Shown here one piece after another: positions 51,419-64,000 of a DNA stretch of 64,000 nucleotides (the stretch's first letter is position 1; every line of letters begins with the position of its first letter). Position numbers and translations under genes: made by a program. Location of the stretch: positions 210,869,741 to 210,933,740 of the forward strand of contig CM041465.1 in the NCBI GenBank assembly GCA_023213395.1. Reading direction: 5' to 3'. This DNA is from Cycas panzhihuaensis. Taxonomy: Eukaryota; Plantae; Cycadophyta. The notes beneath the pieces are model-generated. The model was not told where the DNA came from, made no database searches, and was given only the letters and a program-made list of their open reading frames with translations.

Positions 51419-54400
51419 TGTGTACTTCTACCTATCAACCTGCATAAGTAGGCACAAGAGGTAACAATATCATAATATAATTCAACCAAAACTAATAGAA
51501 ATATAATAAATTCACAAAGAAAAAATCATAATCATTATATTATGATGGGTTGCTTTTGGTCCTCTCACAATTAGAGGCAACCCAGAGTAGTATACATAGT
51601 GTATGAGATAATACACAGCAAGTATAATATATACAGATGTGTTGTGCTCTATATAAAAATAGTTATACGCATCTGCACATCCCTCCAAATTATTATTCTA
51701 TATTTATTCTTTATTCTTTGTAACTGCAGGTTAAGTTAGTTGCAACTATTCCTCCTTCAAAGACTGGTTCCAAATATGACAACTTATATTAGTCAGGTTG
51801 TAACTACTTCAGCCTGTATACATCTCTCCTGCCATAATTCTTGCAAGTGCCTTCACTTGTAAAAAAAAAAAATAGTATAATTACTATTTAGAAAAAAGAA
51901 ATTTTAGCCCTCTCATTCTTTTATAATCTTTTCCATTTCAATGCAAATCCTCTGCAAGTCTGGTCGGTAAATTGTACAGGGTGGATTTATGCCTTGCTTC
52001 TTATAGTGGTCATAGAAGATTCTAACATCACTCAATACTTGCAACTAGGCCATTGTTGGCTTCTCACCTAAGCGTATCTACTCGATTTCTTCCTCTAATT
52101 TGCTCTTCCTTGTTTCTACAGAAAGTAAATCACTTCTTAATAAAGCAATCATCAACCAAAAATGATTTTCATACTTGGCATCCTCTCATATCTGCATAAT
52201 CCATGCTCCTAACTTATGTATTACCTTTTCCAATCCCTATGGGATTTACTTAGCAAACATTGCATAAAAAACTGGCACTGGGCAATTTACTCTTAACATA
52301 TCACCTACCCAGTGTAGAATGAATTTAATAAAAAATTCTAACTTCACATTATGTGGTTGGCACTTTATTGGATCGATCCTCTCTTCCACCAATTCCTCAG
52401 TACTAAAATCAAAATCTACCTCGGCAGTCTCATTATTTAGAATTTTGATTATTTCTTACTTAACTTTCTCTACTGCAATTTTCCTTTTCTTTCTTCTTTC
52501 TTCCTATGTGATCATAGGCTTATCAAATTATGGGGTTAGTTGGTGTTCTTCCTCCACAACTTCCTTCTTAATGGACACCTCAACTTCTCCTGCTTTTTGC
52601 TTTCCCCTTCTTATTTCATCTCTTTATATTTTTCTCCTCCCTTACTGCTTCTTTAACAATCTCTTTTTTCTTTTCTTGCATGCTTTATTCAGCTAAAGAG
52701 GTCACCTCTTTTCACTATCATTTCCCTTAGTTCATCTCCAATGGTGTTGATTAAGGGTTACCTACTTAGCTTTTCCTTAGGAAGTAATCTTTTACTTTTT
52801 CCTGGATTTCACTCCATCAGATTTTTTCCAGCCTTCTAAAATAATTTATCCATCCTATCATGGTTGATTGCCCTTGCTCCACCGAAGGTAGCTCTAATTT
52901 AAGATATTATGAATACAATAATCCCTGAAATAAGGTCTTGTGATAGAAAACTATGGACTATGTACTGGCCTTGATATTATACAACTTTTTTGAAAGCTTC
53001 CTTGAGAGAAATAAAGCCCAATTAAATTTGTCTCCCTGTGCCACTCACAGAAGCATTGATCTTATCTCCATAGGCACATATAAATTCTTTTAGCTTAAAA
53101 CCACTTAGGTAAAGAGGAAGTGAGCCACCCAATGCCTATGTTCATCTGCAATAGTAGTGATACAAGTTCTAGATGTTGAAATATTTAATACTTATACGCC
53201 TAGTTATTTTGGCGCTTGTTTCCATGGGATTCTTTTATCCTTATGCACCTCCTCACCTAAATCGAGAAACATAAGACCTGTGTAATAGCCTTTGCCAAAA
53301 TATCTAGGAGATCAGGTTGATGAGCTACCAAATGAACCATCACAAACAAAAATTTCATTGTTGTCAAAAATAATCTGGTTGGCACATATTATGCAAATCT
53401 CACCTTTGTCAAATTTACTTTCCCCATATCATTCTCTGGCATATTAGTCCACTCGTTCCTAATTCTCTCATCATTCATCTCTCAAAAGTTAACATGGATG
53501 TCTAAGGTATTCTTTATTTTTGGTCTTCTGCAATCACTTCCAAAATTCTTCTATTCTTTAGCTTATTTTTTGCCTTCCATTCTTATTGTCTTGTACCCTG
53601 TAGACCATCTAAAACCACTATTATTTAAAATTATGGTTGTAATAACTATGTCACAACTAAGTAGTGTCATATTTAACCTCCTACTGTACATGGCAACCAC
53701 CTGTTGCTACAATTACTCCTCGAATCATCTTGATTCAAGGGCCAATCTTACCATCATGATTACCAAAGATTTTTATCAAATGGTTGCCATCAACATTAAC
53801 CATTTATACCTCTCCTTTATTCTTGTTTTTTTTTATTTTTGCTTCTAATAATTCTAATTTCTTATTTTCTTTTCTTTGTTTTTGTTACTTATTTTGATGT
53901 GATCATCTACTTTTTAATTTATGGCCTTAATCAATCGACATGACCACCTTTTTATTTATTGATTATGGCTGATTGTATTCTTATTATCACTTCCATTCTT
54001 TAATTATATCCACTACAATCTATGCTTTGGTAGTCCCTTCTTCCTTCTTGGCTTTGTTTATACTTGATTACATTACTGGATTACTTTTGGCATCTTGATA
54101 CTTAGTTGTATTATATTATTTATTCCTTTGATCAAAACTTTTTGTCTTTTTAGTTGTAACCATTTCAGGTTGCAAATGTCTCACGTTTCTAGTTACACAT
54201 TTCTATGTTTAAGTTATAACCATTCATGTTACAAGTTGCAACTTTTGTGACATAAGCTGCAATCTTCTACTATTCTAGGTTGCAACCATAACTTGGTTGT
54301 AATTTTCTATTGTTCCAAGTTGCAATTGTTTTATGACCTGGTTGTAATCTTCTATTGTTCTAGGTTGCAACCATTTGTGATGTGGTTACAATCTTCTACT

Positions 54401-57400
54401 ATTCCAGGTTATAACTACTTTGCTTCCTTGGTTGTAACCTTCTATGTCCTAAGTTGTAACCAATTTTCTTTCCTAGTTATGACCTTCTACATCCTAGGTT
54501 ACAGCCATTTTATTCCCTTATTACAACCTTTTACATATTGGGTTACAACCACTTTACTTCCCTGGTTATAACCTTCTGCATCCCTGGTTATAACCACTTT
54601 ATTCCCTAGTTGTAACATTCTGCGTCTCAGGTTATAACTACTTTACTTCCCTGGTTATAACCTTTTGTGTCCTAGGTTATGACCACTTTATTACCTAGTT
54701 ACAATCTTCTATGTCCCAAGTTGTAACTACTTTGCTTCCTTGGTTGTAACCTTCTGCGTCTTGGGTTGCAACTACTTTGTTTCCTAATTATAACCTTCTA
54801 TGTCTTGGGTTGTAACCACTTTGCTTTCATGGTTGTAACCTTCTACATCCTGGGATACAACCACTTTGCTTCACTGGTTATAACCTTCTATGTCCTGGGT
54901 TGCAACCACTTTACTTCCCTGGTTGTAACCTTCTATGTCCTAATATGTAACTACTTCTACGTCCTTGAATGTAACTACTTTGCTTCTTTGGTTACAACCT
55001 TCTGTATCCTAGGTTGCAACCACTTTTCTTCACTAGTTATAACCTTCTTTGATTTAGATTGTAACCACTTTTCTTCCCTAGTTGTAACCTTTTGTGTCTA
55101 GGTTGTAATCACTTTATGATCTTGATTGAAACCTTCTTTTAATCCAAGTTATCGTTGTCTTAAAATTAAATTCCATAATTCAAAATTATTGAGACAAATA
55201 TGCTCCCATGGTTTTTGCTATTGTTTTTTAAACTTACCATCTATTATTTTAGTCAACTTCCATTAATTGTTTTATCAAGCAATGCTCCATCGAGATGTTA
55301 GAGTTACACTGCTCCATTATGTCAAATTTGGTTTACCTTATATGGACTAAGCCATCACAATTTTAACTATCCTAGCTTTATGTGAAATTTGCTATCATAC
55401 AAAAGTATGAGGTCTCATTCTTAAAATTGTGGGACTTTAAGATGTTGACCATACCATGTTTTTTATCTCTACTTTTTCACCTTCAATTCCTATAAAACCC
55501 TTACTCATTTTTCATCCATCTTCATTAATTCAAAAAATTGTTGGTCTCATGAATCATCCTCTGATAGTTGTAATTTGGATGTTGCTTATAAGCTTTCTAT
55601 CTGAAACTTGAGAGGAAGTATGACTTTTAACCCATAAGACCAATTAAAATGATGTTTGTTGATGGGGTCTCTTCACTGTTATCCTATCAGCCCATAACAT
55701 AGAATGAAGATGCTTTACTTAGTTTGTTCATCCTTCATTACAAATTTTGGATAGTGTCAACTTCAAAATTTTATTCATACTCTTTACTTGCCCATTCATT
55801 GAGGGTAATATGGGGAAGATTTTGAATGCTGAATTAAAAATTCTTGCATGAGATGCTTTATTATTTCATTGAGAAAATTAATTCCCTGATCAGAGACAAT
55901 TTCTAAGGGATAACCAAATTGAATAATTATCATCTCATACAAAAATCAGGTTGTGCTTTAGCCATCGCATGTCTTCATCGCTTTCACTTAAATCCATTTT
56001 GTTAAAAAGTCCATAATCACCAAAATATATCTTGCATTCATATGTCTAAGTGGTAGACTAATGGACCCAACAAAATCCAATCCCCATTTTCAAATGGAGT
56101 TTCGGCAAATATAGGACATAAGGGCAAAATTTGATTTCTTCCTAGCTTCCCTACTCGTTGGCATGCATCGTAACTATGAACCTATTTTTGTACATCTTCA
56201 AAAATCATTAGCCACCAAAGTCCTACCAATAAAATTTTCTTAATTGTAGGATTTGTACCCTGGTGTCTTACTGTGACTCCCTCATAAGCCTCTCAGATGA
56301 TAGTTTTAACTTCATTCTCTATTATATAACTTCTTAGAACTTGATCTAGTTCTAACCTATATAACATTCCCTGATTAGCTAAAAGAGAAAGGTTTTTTTG
56401 ATGAAACTCAATCGTTCTACTTATTCCATTCCTTGCGATGTCTGCCTTATCGCCAAGTATCGTGTAATATGTTTGTATTATTTAGGGATTGTTTTAATAG
56501 AGAATAATTCCATGTTTGGGAAATCATCCTAGATTCCTATTACCTGTTCTTCTTATACTTCCCTTAATAATAAAACTGGGATTGTGCACTTGGCCCTCTT
56601 TTTAACTATAATTTTAAAATTAAATTCTTGAAATAACATGAGCAAACTATTGATTCTTCCTTGTAGCATGGGTTTATTGATCAAATACTAGAAGGTTTGA
56701 TGATCTACAAAAAAAATAAATGGATTGGCTAGTAAGTAATGTCTAAATTTTTAAAGAGCATATGTCATGCCTTGGCCTTATCATTCCATCACCAAATAGT
56801 TTCACTCTGTCTCTATTAACTTCTGGCTTACAAAATAGATTGGAAGATCCATTTTGTTATCTTCTAGCCATGCTAATATGCATCCAATAGCAAATAAGGA
56901 AGTGTCAACATGCACGTGGAACAACTTATCCCAAGTTGGGAATCTAAGGATTGGTGCTTGGGCTTTTTTTCTTTTTAGTAATTTAAATACAAGTTATTGT
57001 TTTAGCTTCCACTACTATCTATTTTTTTTTTTAGCAAAATTTCTAGGGGATTAATTATATGATCATAGTTTTTTATAAACTTGTGATAGTACCCTGTCAT
57101 TCTTAGGAATCCTTTAACCTATCTCTACATCCTCGGTACTGAAAAATTTAGGATTAGTACCACCTTATTAAGAACCATGAATAATCCATTCTTTATAACT
57201 ACATGACCTAATAAGGTCCCAAAAGGTACTATAAAGGTATATTTTTTGGGGTTTAAACATAATTTATTTTCTCTATATATTTCAAGCATTAGATGTAGAC
57301 AACTAAGATGATCTTTTAATAGAGTAAACAATGTCCATTAATCCAAAAATACCTCAATTATTTTCCCTATTGTTCACTTGAAAATATTGAGAATTACTCT

Positions 57401-60400
57401 TTGGAATGTAGCAAGAGAATTAGTCAGTCCAAATGACATTATTCTGAATATGTATGTGCTCTATTATGTCATAAAAGCCATATTTAATTAATCCTCTAAT
57501 GCAATCCAAACCTGATTATATTCATTAACTCCATCTGTGAATGAGTAGACCTCATATCTTACAATTTTCTCTAAAATATATTTAATAAATGGGATCGGGA
57601 ACAAATCTTTTTTTGTTGCCTTATTTAAGGCGCTCTAATCAATGTAAACTCCAAGTTTCCCATTTTTCTTAGGGACACCTATAACATAACTCACCCATTC
57701 ACTATTTTCAACTTCAAAGATGTAATTTGCTTCTAATAGTTTATCAAGTTCAACTTTTACTTTTTCCTTGTATCTTGGATTCATGCAGTATGGTTGTTGT
57801 CTTACTAGTTTGGCTCTATCTACCAATTTGATCTTATGCTTATCCAATTCGAGTGGGATACCTTTTAAATCCTTATAGGACTAGATAAATTATCCTTATA
57901 TTCTAAAAATAAAGAGGTAACATGCTGAACTATTTTCTCATTCCAATAATCTCCTAAACTCTTAGTTGAGGTTATTCCTTCGTTCCAATATTAATTTCCC
58001 TTGTCTTTAATTTTTCTCCCTTTGTCGTTTTACCATCTGGGCTTATTGTATATGTTGGCATAATATCTATGATATGTTCTCCATATTCTAATGAAGAATA
58101 ACTTGGAGGAATAGATTGAATTTCTTGCTGAATATTCCCTTCTTTAGCCTTTAACTAGAAGCAATGTTTTCCTTTTTTCATGGTTTTTCCTTTAAATATT
58201 TGCAAAACTCCCTTAATATATTTATCTTTGCTGCAATATGTGAAAGTCTAGTAGAAATTTTCTACCATTGAATCTTATTCTATCAATTTTATCTTTTCAC
58301 AAGAATTATACCAACCTATAGAAATTCCTTTAGAAGTTGTCCCCCAATATTATGTCCAATCCCTTTTGGGAATTCCGCCTATTATCCACATCTGAACACA
58401 ATTCTATACATGTAAGTGGGGATCATCCCTATTCCAAAATAAAGGAAGTTCATGTTTTTAAAATCTAATTAAAAAATTCTCATTTATTTCTTGCTAAGAA
58501 TCAAAGAATTATGCATATGCATCATACCATAATTGTGCTCCGCCTATCAGAGAACAGGAAAGCACAATATACTAACATTATTGCTACCATTTATTTTTTA
58601 TTATGTTAATACATTATTTTAGACATTTTTTGGCTTGGTCTAGACAAATATCATATTTAGGTAATTCACAAAATATTTCAGTAGAAGCTAATTTACTTTG
58701 TACATTCCTCTCTATTTGTGATAGCTCTAATTGCATTTTTTCTCCTTCTGCCTCTTTTGAAGAATCTACACACAATTCTAAATGATAACACAATGCCAAT
58801 TCTATTTCTTCCCAAGTGTTGTGAAGCCAATTCAACATGTAAGATGATGAAGGGCTATTTGGCAACATTGGTTATATTTGGAAAGCTGTATCAGAATAAG
58901 GACTCATTGTCGATTCTGTAGTAACTGTTGTGGAGGAAGCTCGACCTTCATCTTCAAATTTCTCTATCTACGATCCATTTGAACATAAGGGAAAAGTTAT
59001 CATCTTTTCTCCTACTAGCTAAGTGAATGTGTATTTTCCTTAGTCTTGGATAGCTTTCATGGCTAATAACTACAGTCTCCACAATAAGGTTGGGTAGGTC
59101 CTCTTCTGATCTTGCATTTAAACTACTACAAAATCTAATAATATGGTAACTTCTTCCACAATTACTAGGATGTTCAACAATGTACCCATAGGTCTCACCT
59201 ATAGTTGATTAACTAATCTAATGGAATAATTTGGGGCAACCACATTAGGCCTTCCCAAAGCTATCCATGAAGATTCAGGTAACGTATTCATTCCCAAGCC
59301 TCCATCCACTATTATTTTACATAAGGTTGTTCTCTTATATCCTTTATAACCCTGTGTACTAGTTTTTCAATATGTTCTAGTGTTAATTAGTAGAAGTAAC
59401 CTGCTTCCCACCATTTAAATATAATTGATATAGGAATTGATACTCCTAATTCAGTAAGTGCATCTTTTACGATTTGTAACCATTGTCAAGGATTTATATC
59501 TTCTTGTGGTTGTGTCACTCTCCTCTTATAATGAAATCCTTTAAATCTTCCTTACTATAATTCTTCTTATTGTGCTTTCCCCATGGCTTCTTAAAGGATT
59601 TTCACTACTTCCTACAATCGCTATTTCTCCACTGTTGGATCTAGAAAATTATCTTGGGGAGGTGGTCCCATTGTCCTGCCACTACATGTTTTCAAATATG
59701 CCAACTCTTCCTAGTCCAAAACCACATCTACTAAATTTGCACTTTAAATTTTATTATTTTTTAAGCAATTTATAGATTTGTGATATATTAGTTCATATTC
59801 TTCACAAATAAATTCTCCCCCTTTCTTCTCGAGTGGATATTCAGATCTATAATGTCTCTATCTTTGACATAAGAAATAACGAATTGATCTTATTTTTCCT
59901 TTATATTTCTTTGGTTTTCCATATTCTGTTCTTTGTGAATAAACGTTATGAACCTTTCCTTCATTATTTTTAGGTCTAAAATAACATTCCCACGTATTGT
60001 GGTTATTTCTTTGATAATTATCACACAATTTTGTTAATCCTGTATGCTCATTCTTTGGGTGCCCTTGCTGATTACAAGATAGAGGACACCAAATATTTTC
60101 CCTTGATTTTTTAAGTCACAAATGAGATGATTTCACATGTAGCTTTCCCAGTTCCTAATTTTGTTGCATGTTGACTAGGATAGAAACTAATGGTTGCTAC
60201 TTTAACTCTTCCACCCCCTTCCCCAAGGCTTCAATTTCTTGATTGGTGCCCATTTGCAGTTTTTGTATAGACTATATTGTAATGACCATTATTAGAAAAT
60301 ACATTGATGATTACATCACCATCTAGGAGTAGGATGACTTCATCTGATTTTTAAATTTAAGAGTTAACTCCCATACTTGTTCATAGTTATGCATTGGATG

Positions 60401-61775
60401 TGACATTACCTTATCTCTAAGTTGTGGCATCAATCCTTGCATAAAACATTTCATTGCCAACATGGGATTAATTGCCATCACATATTTTATTTTATTCATA
60501 ATAACTACCATTCTTCCATCAAAATTATTAGCAAATTCTCTAGGATATTGTCAGATCTCCTCCAAAGCCTGTAGAATGGTTATTGGATCTCTCAATTTTT
60601 GAAATCTATTCAAAAACTACTCTTACAATTACTCCCAATTCAACTATTATGTTGCTATATACTAAAACCATGCAATGCCTGATCCTCTTAATGTTGAAAA
60701 AAATGGGCTTTTATTTCTCCTTGATCCATAATTCTTTTAATCTGGATCATATTTTTTAATAATTCTAAATGATCACCTGGATCCATAGATCCATCAAATT
60801 AGAGGCTTAAGAACATTAAGTCACTTTGTACAAGATATAGGGGGTTGTATCTACTTAATTCCTCCACTTGATACTCTACTTTGTCCTACTACTCCTTTTT
60901 ACACCTCCCATACTTCTACCCAAGCTTTCCATTTATAAAGGGGATTTATTATGTGACTCAAAATTTAAATCTCTAACACATGATGATTCTAAGTTTGTTT
61001 GGCTACACCATATATTCCCAATTCGATAGAATTTTCCTCTACCATTAGTGTTTCATCCTTCTATAGATTTTCTTCTTTCATAGAATCTTGTTGGCTATTT
61101 CTTTCAATACACATTACTTGCACTAGTTCTTAGTTTATGGGATTCTCTTCTAATACACACCTCTAATCATTTCCATCTTTTGCATGTGTCTCAGTTACTC
61201 CTAGCTTTTGTTCCTTTATCTCATCCTTATTCCTCGACTTTCTGCTCTATGCCAAGTGTACAAATGGCTGCCTTTTCACTTACTTTCTTAGTGTAATTAC
61301 AAATTTGGGCCTATGTATTCTAGTTTGAAGTCTCTCTCTCTTTCCCAACTTTCACCTCAATCGCAACGCAATTCAACCTCTACTCTAGATGACATAGAAG
61401 AGGACCTAATGGTTTTACTCAGTCTTGCCCATCCTACTCAGTCCTGGTTCAAAGCGGTAAAAAGATTAGTGTGTGCTTCTACCTATCAACCCATATAAGT
61501 AGGCATAAGAGGTAATAATATCTTAAAATAATTCAACTAGAACCATTAAGAATACAATAAGTTCATGAAGCAAAAACCATAATCATTGCATTATGAAAGA
61601 TTGCTTCTAGTCCTCTCACAACTAGGGGCAACCTGGACTAGTATACACAGTGTCTAGGACAATATACAACAAGTACAATATATATAGATGCATTGCACTC
61701 TATATAAAAATAACTATATGCACTTGTGCATGCCTCTAAATTGTTCTTCTATATTTATTCTTCATTCTTTATTTA
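51419..61775 (-). mobile_element. Decayed full-length non-chromoviral gypsy M
   Basis: Diverged LTR pair at about 51419-51725 and 61470-61775; gag about 60300-60800; protease VDGGLGMN about 59300; RT QQPYCMNPRYKEKVKVELDKLL, VPKKNGKL, LNPKK..LLGHVV; RNase H about 56650-56950; integrase GLDFVGSI/IVSDQG about 55500-56350. Confidence 0.85.
54150..55135. repeat. Tandem array, 45-bp unit (22+23-bp subunits, each with a GGTTRYAACC core)
   Basis: GGTTGTAACCTTCTATGTCCTG + GGTTGCAACCACTTTRCTTCCCT, about 20 units; gives a 15-aa period in ORF 54766-55101. Confidence 0.92.
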
Positions 61776-62482
61776 CCTACTATTTTTTTCTATGTAATTT
61801 ATTCTGAGAATCAACACCGTTTTGGCAATTATACTAGGTAGTTACCAAAACTTCCTAGTTGCTTATTAGTCCTTCTTATTGGTTAAGTCATTTGATGGAC
61901 ACTCATCCACTCATTTTGTCACATTTCATCCTCTATCTTAAATGAACCTCTTTTACAAACCTCATTCCTTTATCCCTTGGTTTCTATTTACATATACCCC
62001 ATCTTTTCATTTATATTCTTCATAAATCCCTTGATACCTACCCTAGGAGATCTAAGAGGATTTAATATCTTCCCCTTAAAGGCCCATCCTCATCTTCTTA
62101 TACCATAACTCTCATACTTCGTGAGGGGTACAAAACCTAGATCACTAATTTTGATACTCTAATTAGGACTCTTACATTAATAACCCCTTTAATGATAGAA
62201 AGATCCACTCTTGTATAAAGTCTCTATGAGAGAAGTGCTTTACCTATTTTAAGACATACTTTTTAAAGAAGTTTCCATGCTTTTACATACCTATTATATG
62301 GACCACAAGAAACCCAACCCTCATGACAAGGGACATGAAGAATTCATAGAACATCCCCCTTCTATGATGGTATATCCCTTTGAGGAAGTTGTAGACTTTG
62401 TCACTTTAACTTATGCCTACTCATACATCACTACCCAAGATCAAGAAGACCCAACCACATGCTTGTATTTCATCCCTCCTCA

Positions 62483-62743
62483 TTAGGCATTGGCCCCAAT
62501 AATCATACTCAAGGTCCTCATGCTGTATTTCCCATGGCTTACCACTTTACTCCTCCAATTGAAGCTTCTTAGTTAGGTCCCCATGGGAGATTTATTCCCC
62601 CTACTCATGACGTTGTTCTTATTAGGCATTGGCCCTAATAGTCATACTCAAGGTCCTCATGTTATATTTCCCATGGCTTACCACTTTACTCCTCCAATTG
62701 AAGCTTCTTAGTTAGGTCCCCATTGGAGATTTGTTCCCCCTAC
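62483..62743. repeat. Direct duplication of about 120 bp, period 139
   Basis: TTAGGCATTGGCCC..CAAGGTCCTCATG..CCCATGGCTTACCACTTTACTCCTCCAATTGAAGCTTCTTAGTTAGGTCCCCAT occurs twice. Confidence 0.9.
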
Positions 62744-64000
62744 ACCAACCTATTCCTCCTCCATCACCTAGAGGTGCTCATTCATCTATTAGAGGCAATC
62801 ACCCCTTATAAGGTAAACCTTTCACTCAAGTCACCCAAACATATGAACCTCTTATTTGATCTTCTAATCCTTAATTATCTTTACATGCTTATCCTCTGCA
62901 ACCTTCCTATATATTAGCCACATGCCAATAAGTCCCATAGTTACATGTTTCATAACCTTGACAAGGCCCCACTACCTCTTGTGGCCCAACACCTATAATT
63001 AACCAACAAGGTTACCCAAGTCAAGCTTTTGGTTATGAGTCATATGCTCCTCACACACCTTATTAACTAAAGGGCTTTATCCCAAAGGGGGTATCTACTT
63101 CTTACGTCCTTGTTAGACTACATCTTGGGTTAATGGGGCCTTATCCTTATCCTTCCTATCTTGTGTATCCCACTTATATTAGGGAAATGAGATATCATGA
63201 TCCTGCCCAAATAGTTCCTCAACCATCCTCATCCATAATGGCTAAGAGGTCATATGTGGAGTATAGAAGGAGTCCCTTTCCATAGGAAATCCTCCTTTCT
63301 TAACTACCTCCCTTTGTTCCCAAGCCACCTAAGCTTACAAGCGAGTTGGCTTAGGACTTAATGACCCACATCTATGCTTTTGCACTCACATACACTGACT
63401 ACTTGCCCTATGACTATGTGATGATATAACTCTTTCCCAAAACTCTTTAAGGTGATGCCTTGAAGTGGTTGTATTGATTTAGGCTTACATCAATGTACTA
63501 TTTTCAACAGCTAGTTAATACTTTTATTAGTTACTTCAATGTTGCTCATCCTTTTGATACTGGGATCAAAGCCTTGTTGTCCATCAAATAAGGAGTGGAG
63601 GAGTCTTCCTACGACTTTATTTTTCATTTCCAAGACCTAATCTATGCCTCTTAAGCCTCCTTGGACATTAGCTTACTCTATAACTTATTCAATAGTGCCT
63701 TAAGATCCCAAGTTTGTTTGAAGGTTCTCAAGTTAATACCCATGCTATATGAGGATATAATTGAGAAATACCTTACTTTCGAGGCATTTACAAACCTAGC
63801 CCTTCAACAGAGTCCAAAGCATCTTAAAGTAATCATATATATGATCATCTTATTTTTGGCATCTAGGTCCTTGAAAGGTCAATCAATACCAAATTATATA
63901 TTGATTGTCCTCCTACTCCTAAAGTTAATAAGGAAGCAAGAGTCATCTAGTTTGTTGAGCAAAATAGGGCTAAACCTTAAATACTCTTCTTCCTAAGAAA

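Larger units (their letters stand above)
48541..64000 (+). mobile_element. Old Athila/Tat-like gypsy with a long (about 2.9 kb) 5' LTR split by element M; gag remnant near the window end
   Basis: LTR end ..AATCAACA followed by TTTTGGCA at about 61810-61828; gag LFPKTL*GDALKWLY..FQQLVNTFISYF..LLSIK*GVEESSYDFI at about 63400-63630; left boundary tentative. Confidence 0.55.

Noticed and set aside
54150-55135. CRISPR-like appearance and repetitive hydrophobic ORFs (54293-54571, 54766-55101)
   Set aside because: The spacers are themselves repeats, there are no cas genes and the context is a eukaryotic TE; the ORFs are by-products of a 45-bp period

Overview
Plant nuclear DNA, probably from a large-genome gymnosperm (inferred from the TE families and intron scale). 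The only host gene I can identify is the first coding exon of glutamine-dependent NAD+ synthetase (minus strand, 45556-45749). No second exon was recognised by eye, so bases 1-45555 appear to be part of one intron of more than 45 kb filled with nested retroelements. That region holds a full-length L1 LINE with a 17-bp TSD, two full-length copies of one Ty1/copia family, further decayed copia and gypsy elements, and solo LTRs. Upstream (48.5-64 kb), a minus-strand gypsy with a 45-bp tandem array and an extra 3' ORF sits inside the long LTR of an older gypsy. The most unusual element is a young LTR element (31345-36243, LTRs about 98% identical) with a gag remnant but no pol. Its leader carries antisense host-gene fragments, a TOM1-like (TOL) C-terminus joined to a Q-rich RBP45-like N-terminus, between candidate splice signals. 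The twin copia elements show a similar leader: a conserved splice donor, a variable segment, a covarying hairpin and an acceptor just before gag. All identities were counted by eye and no database searches were run.
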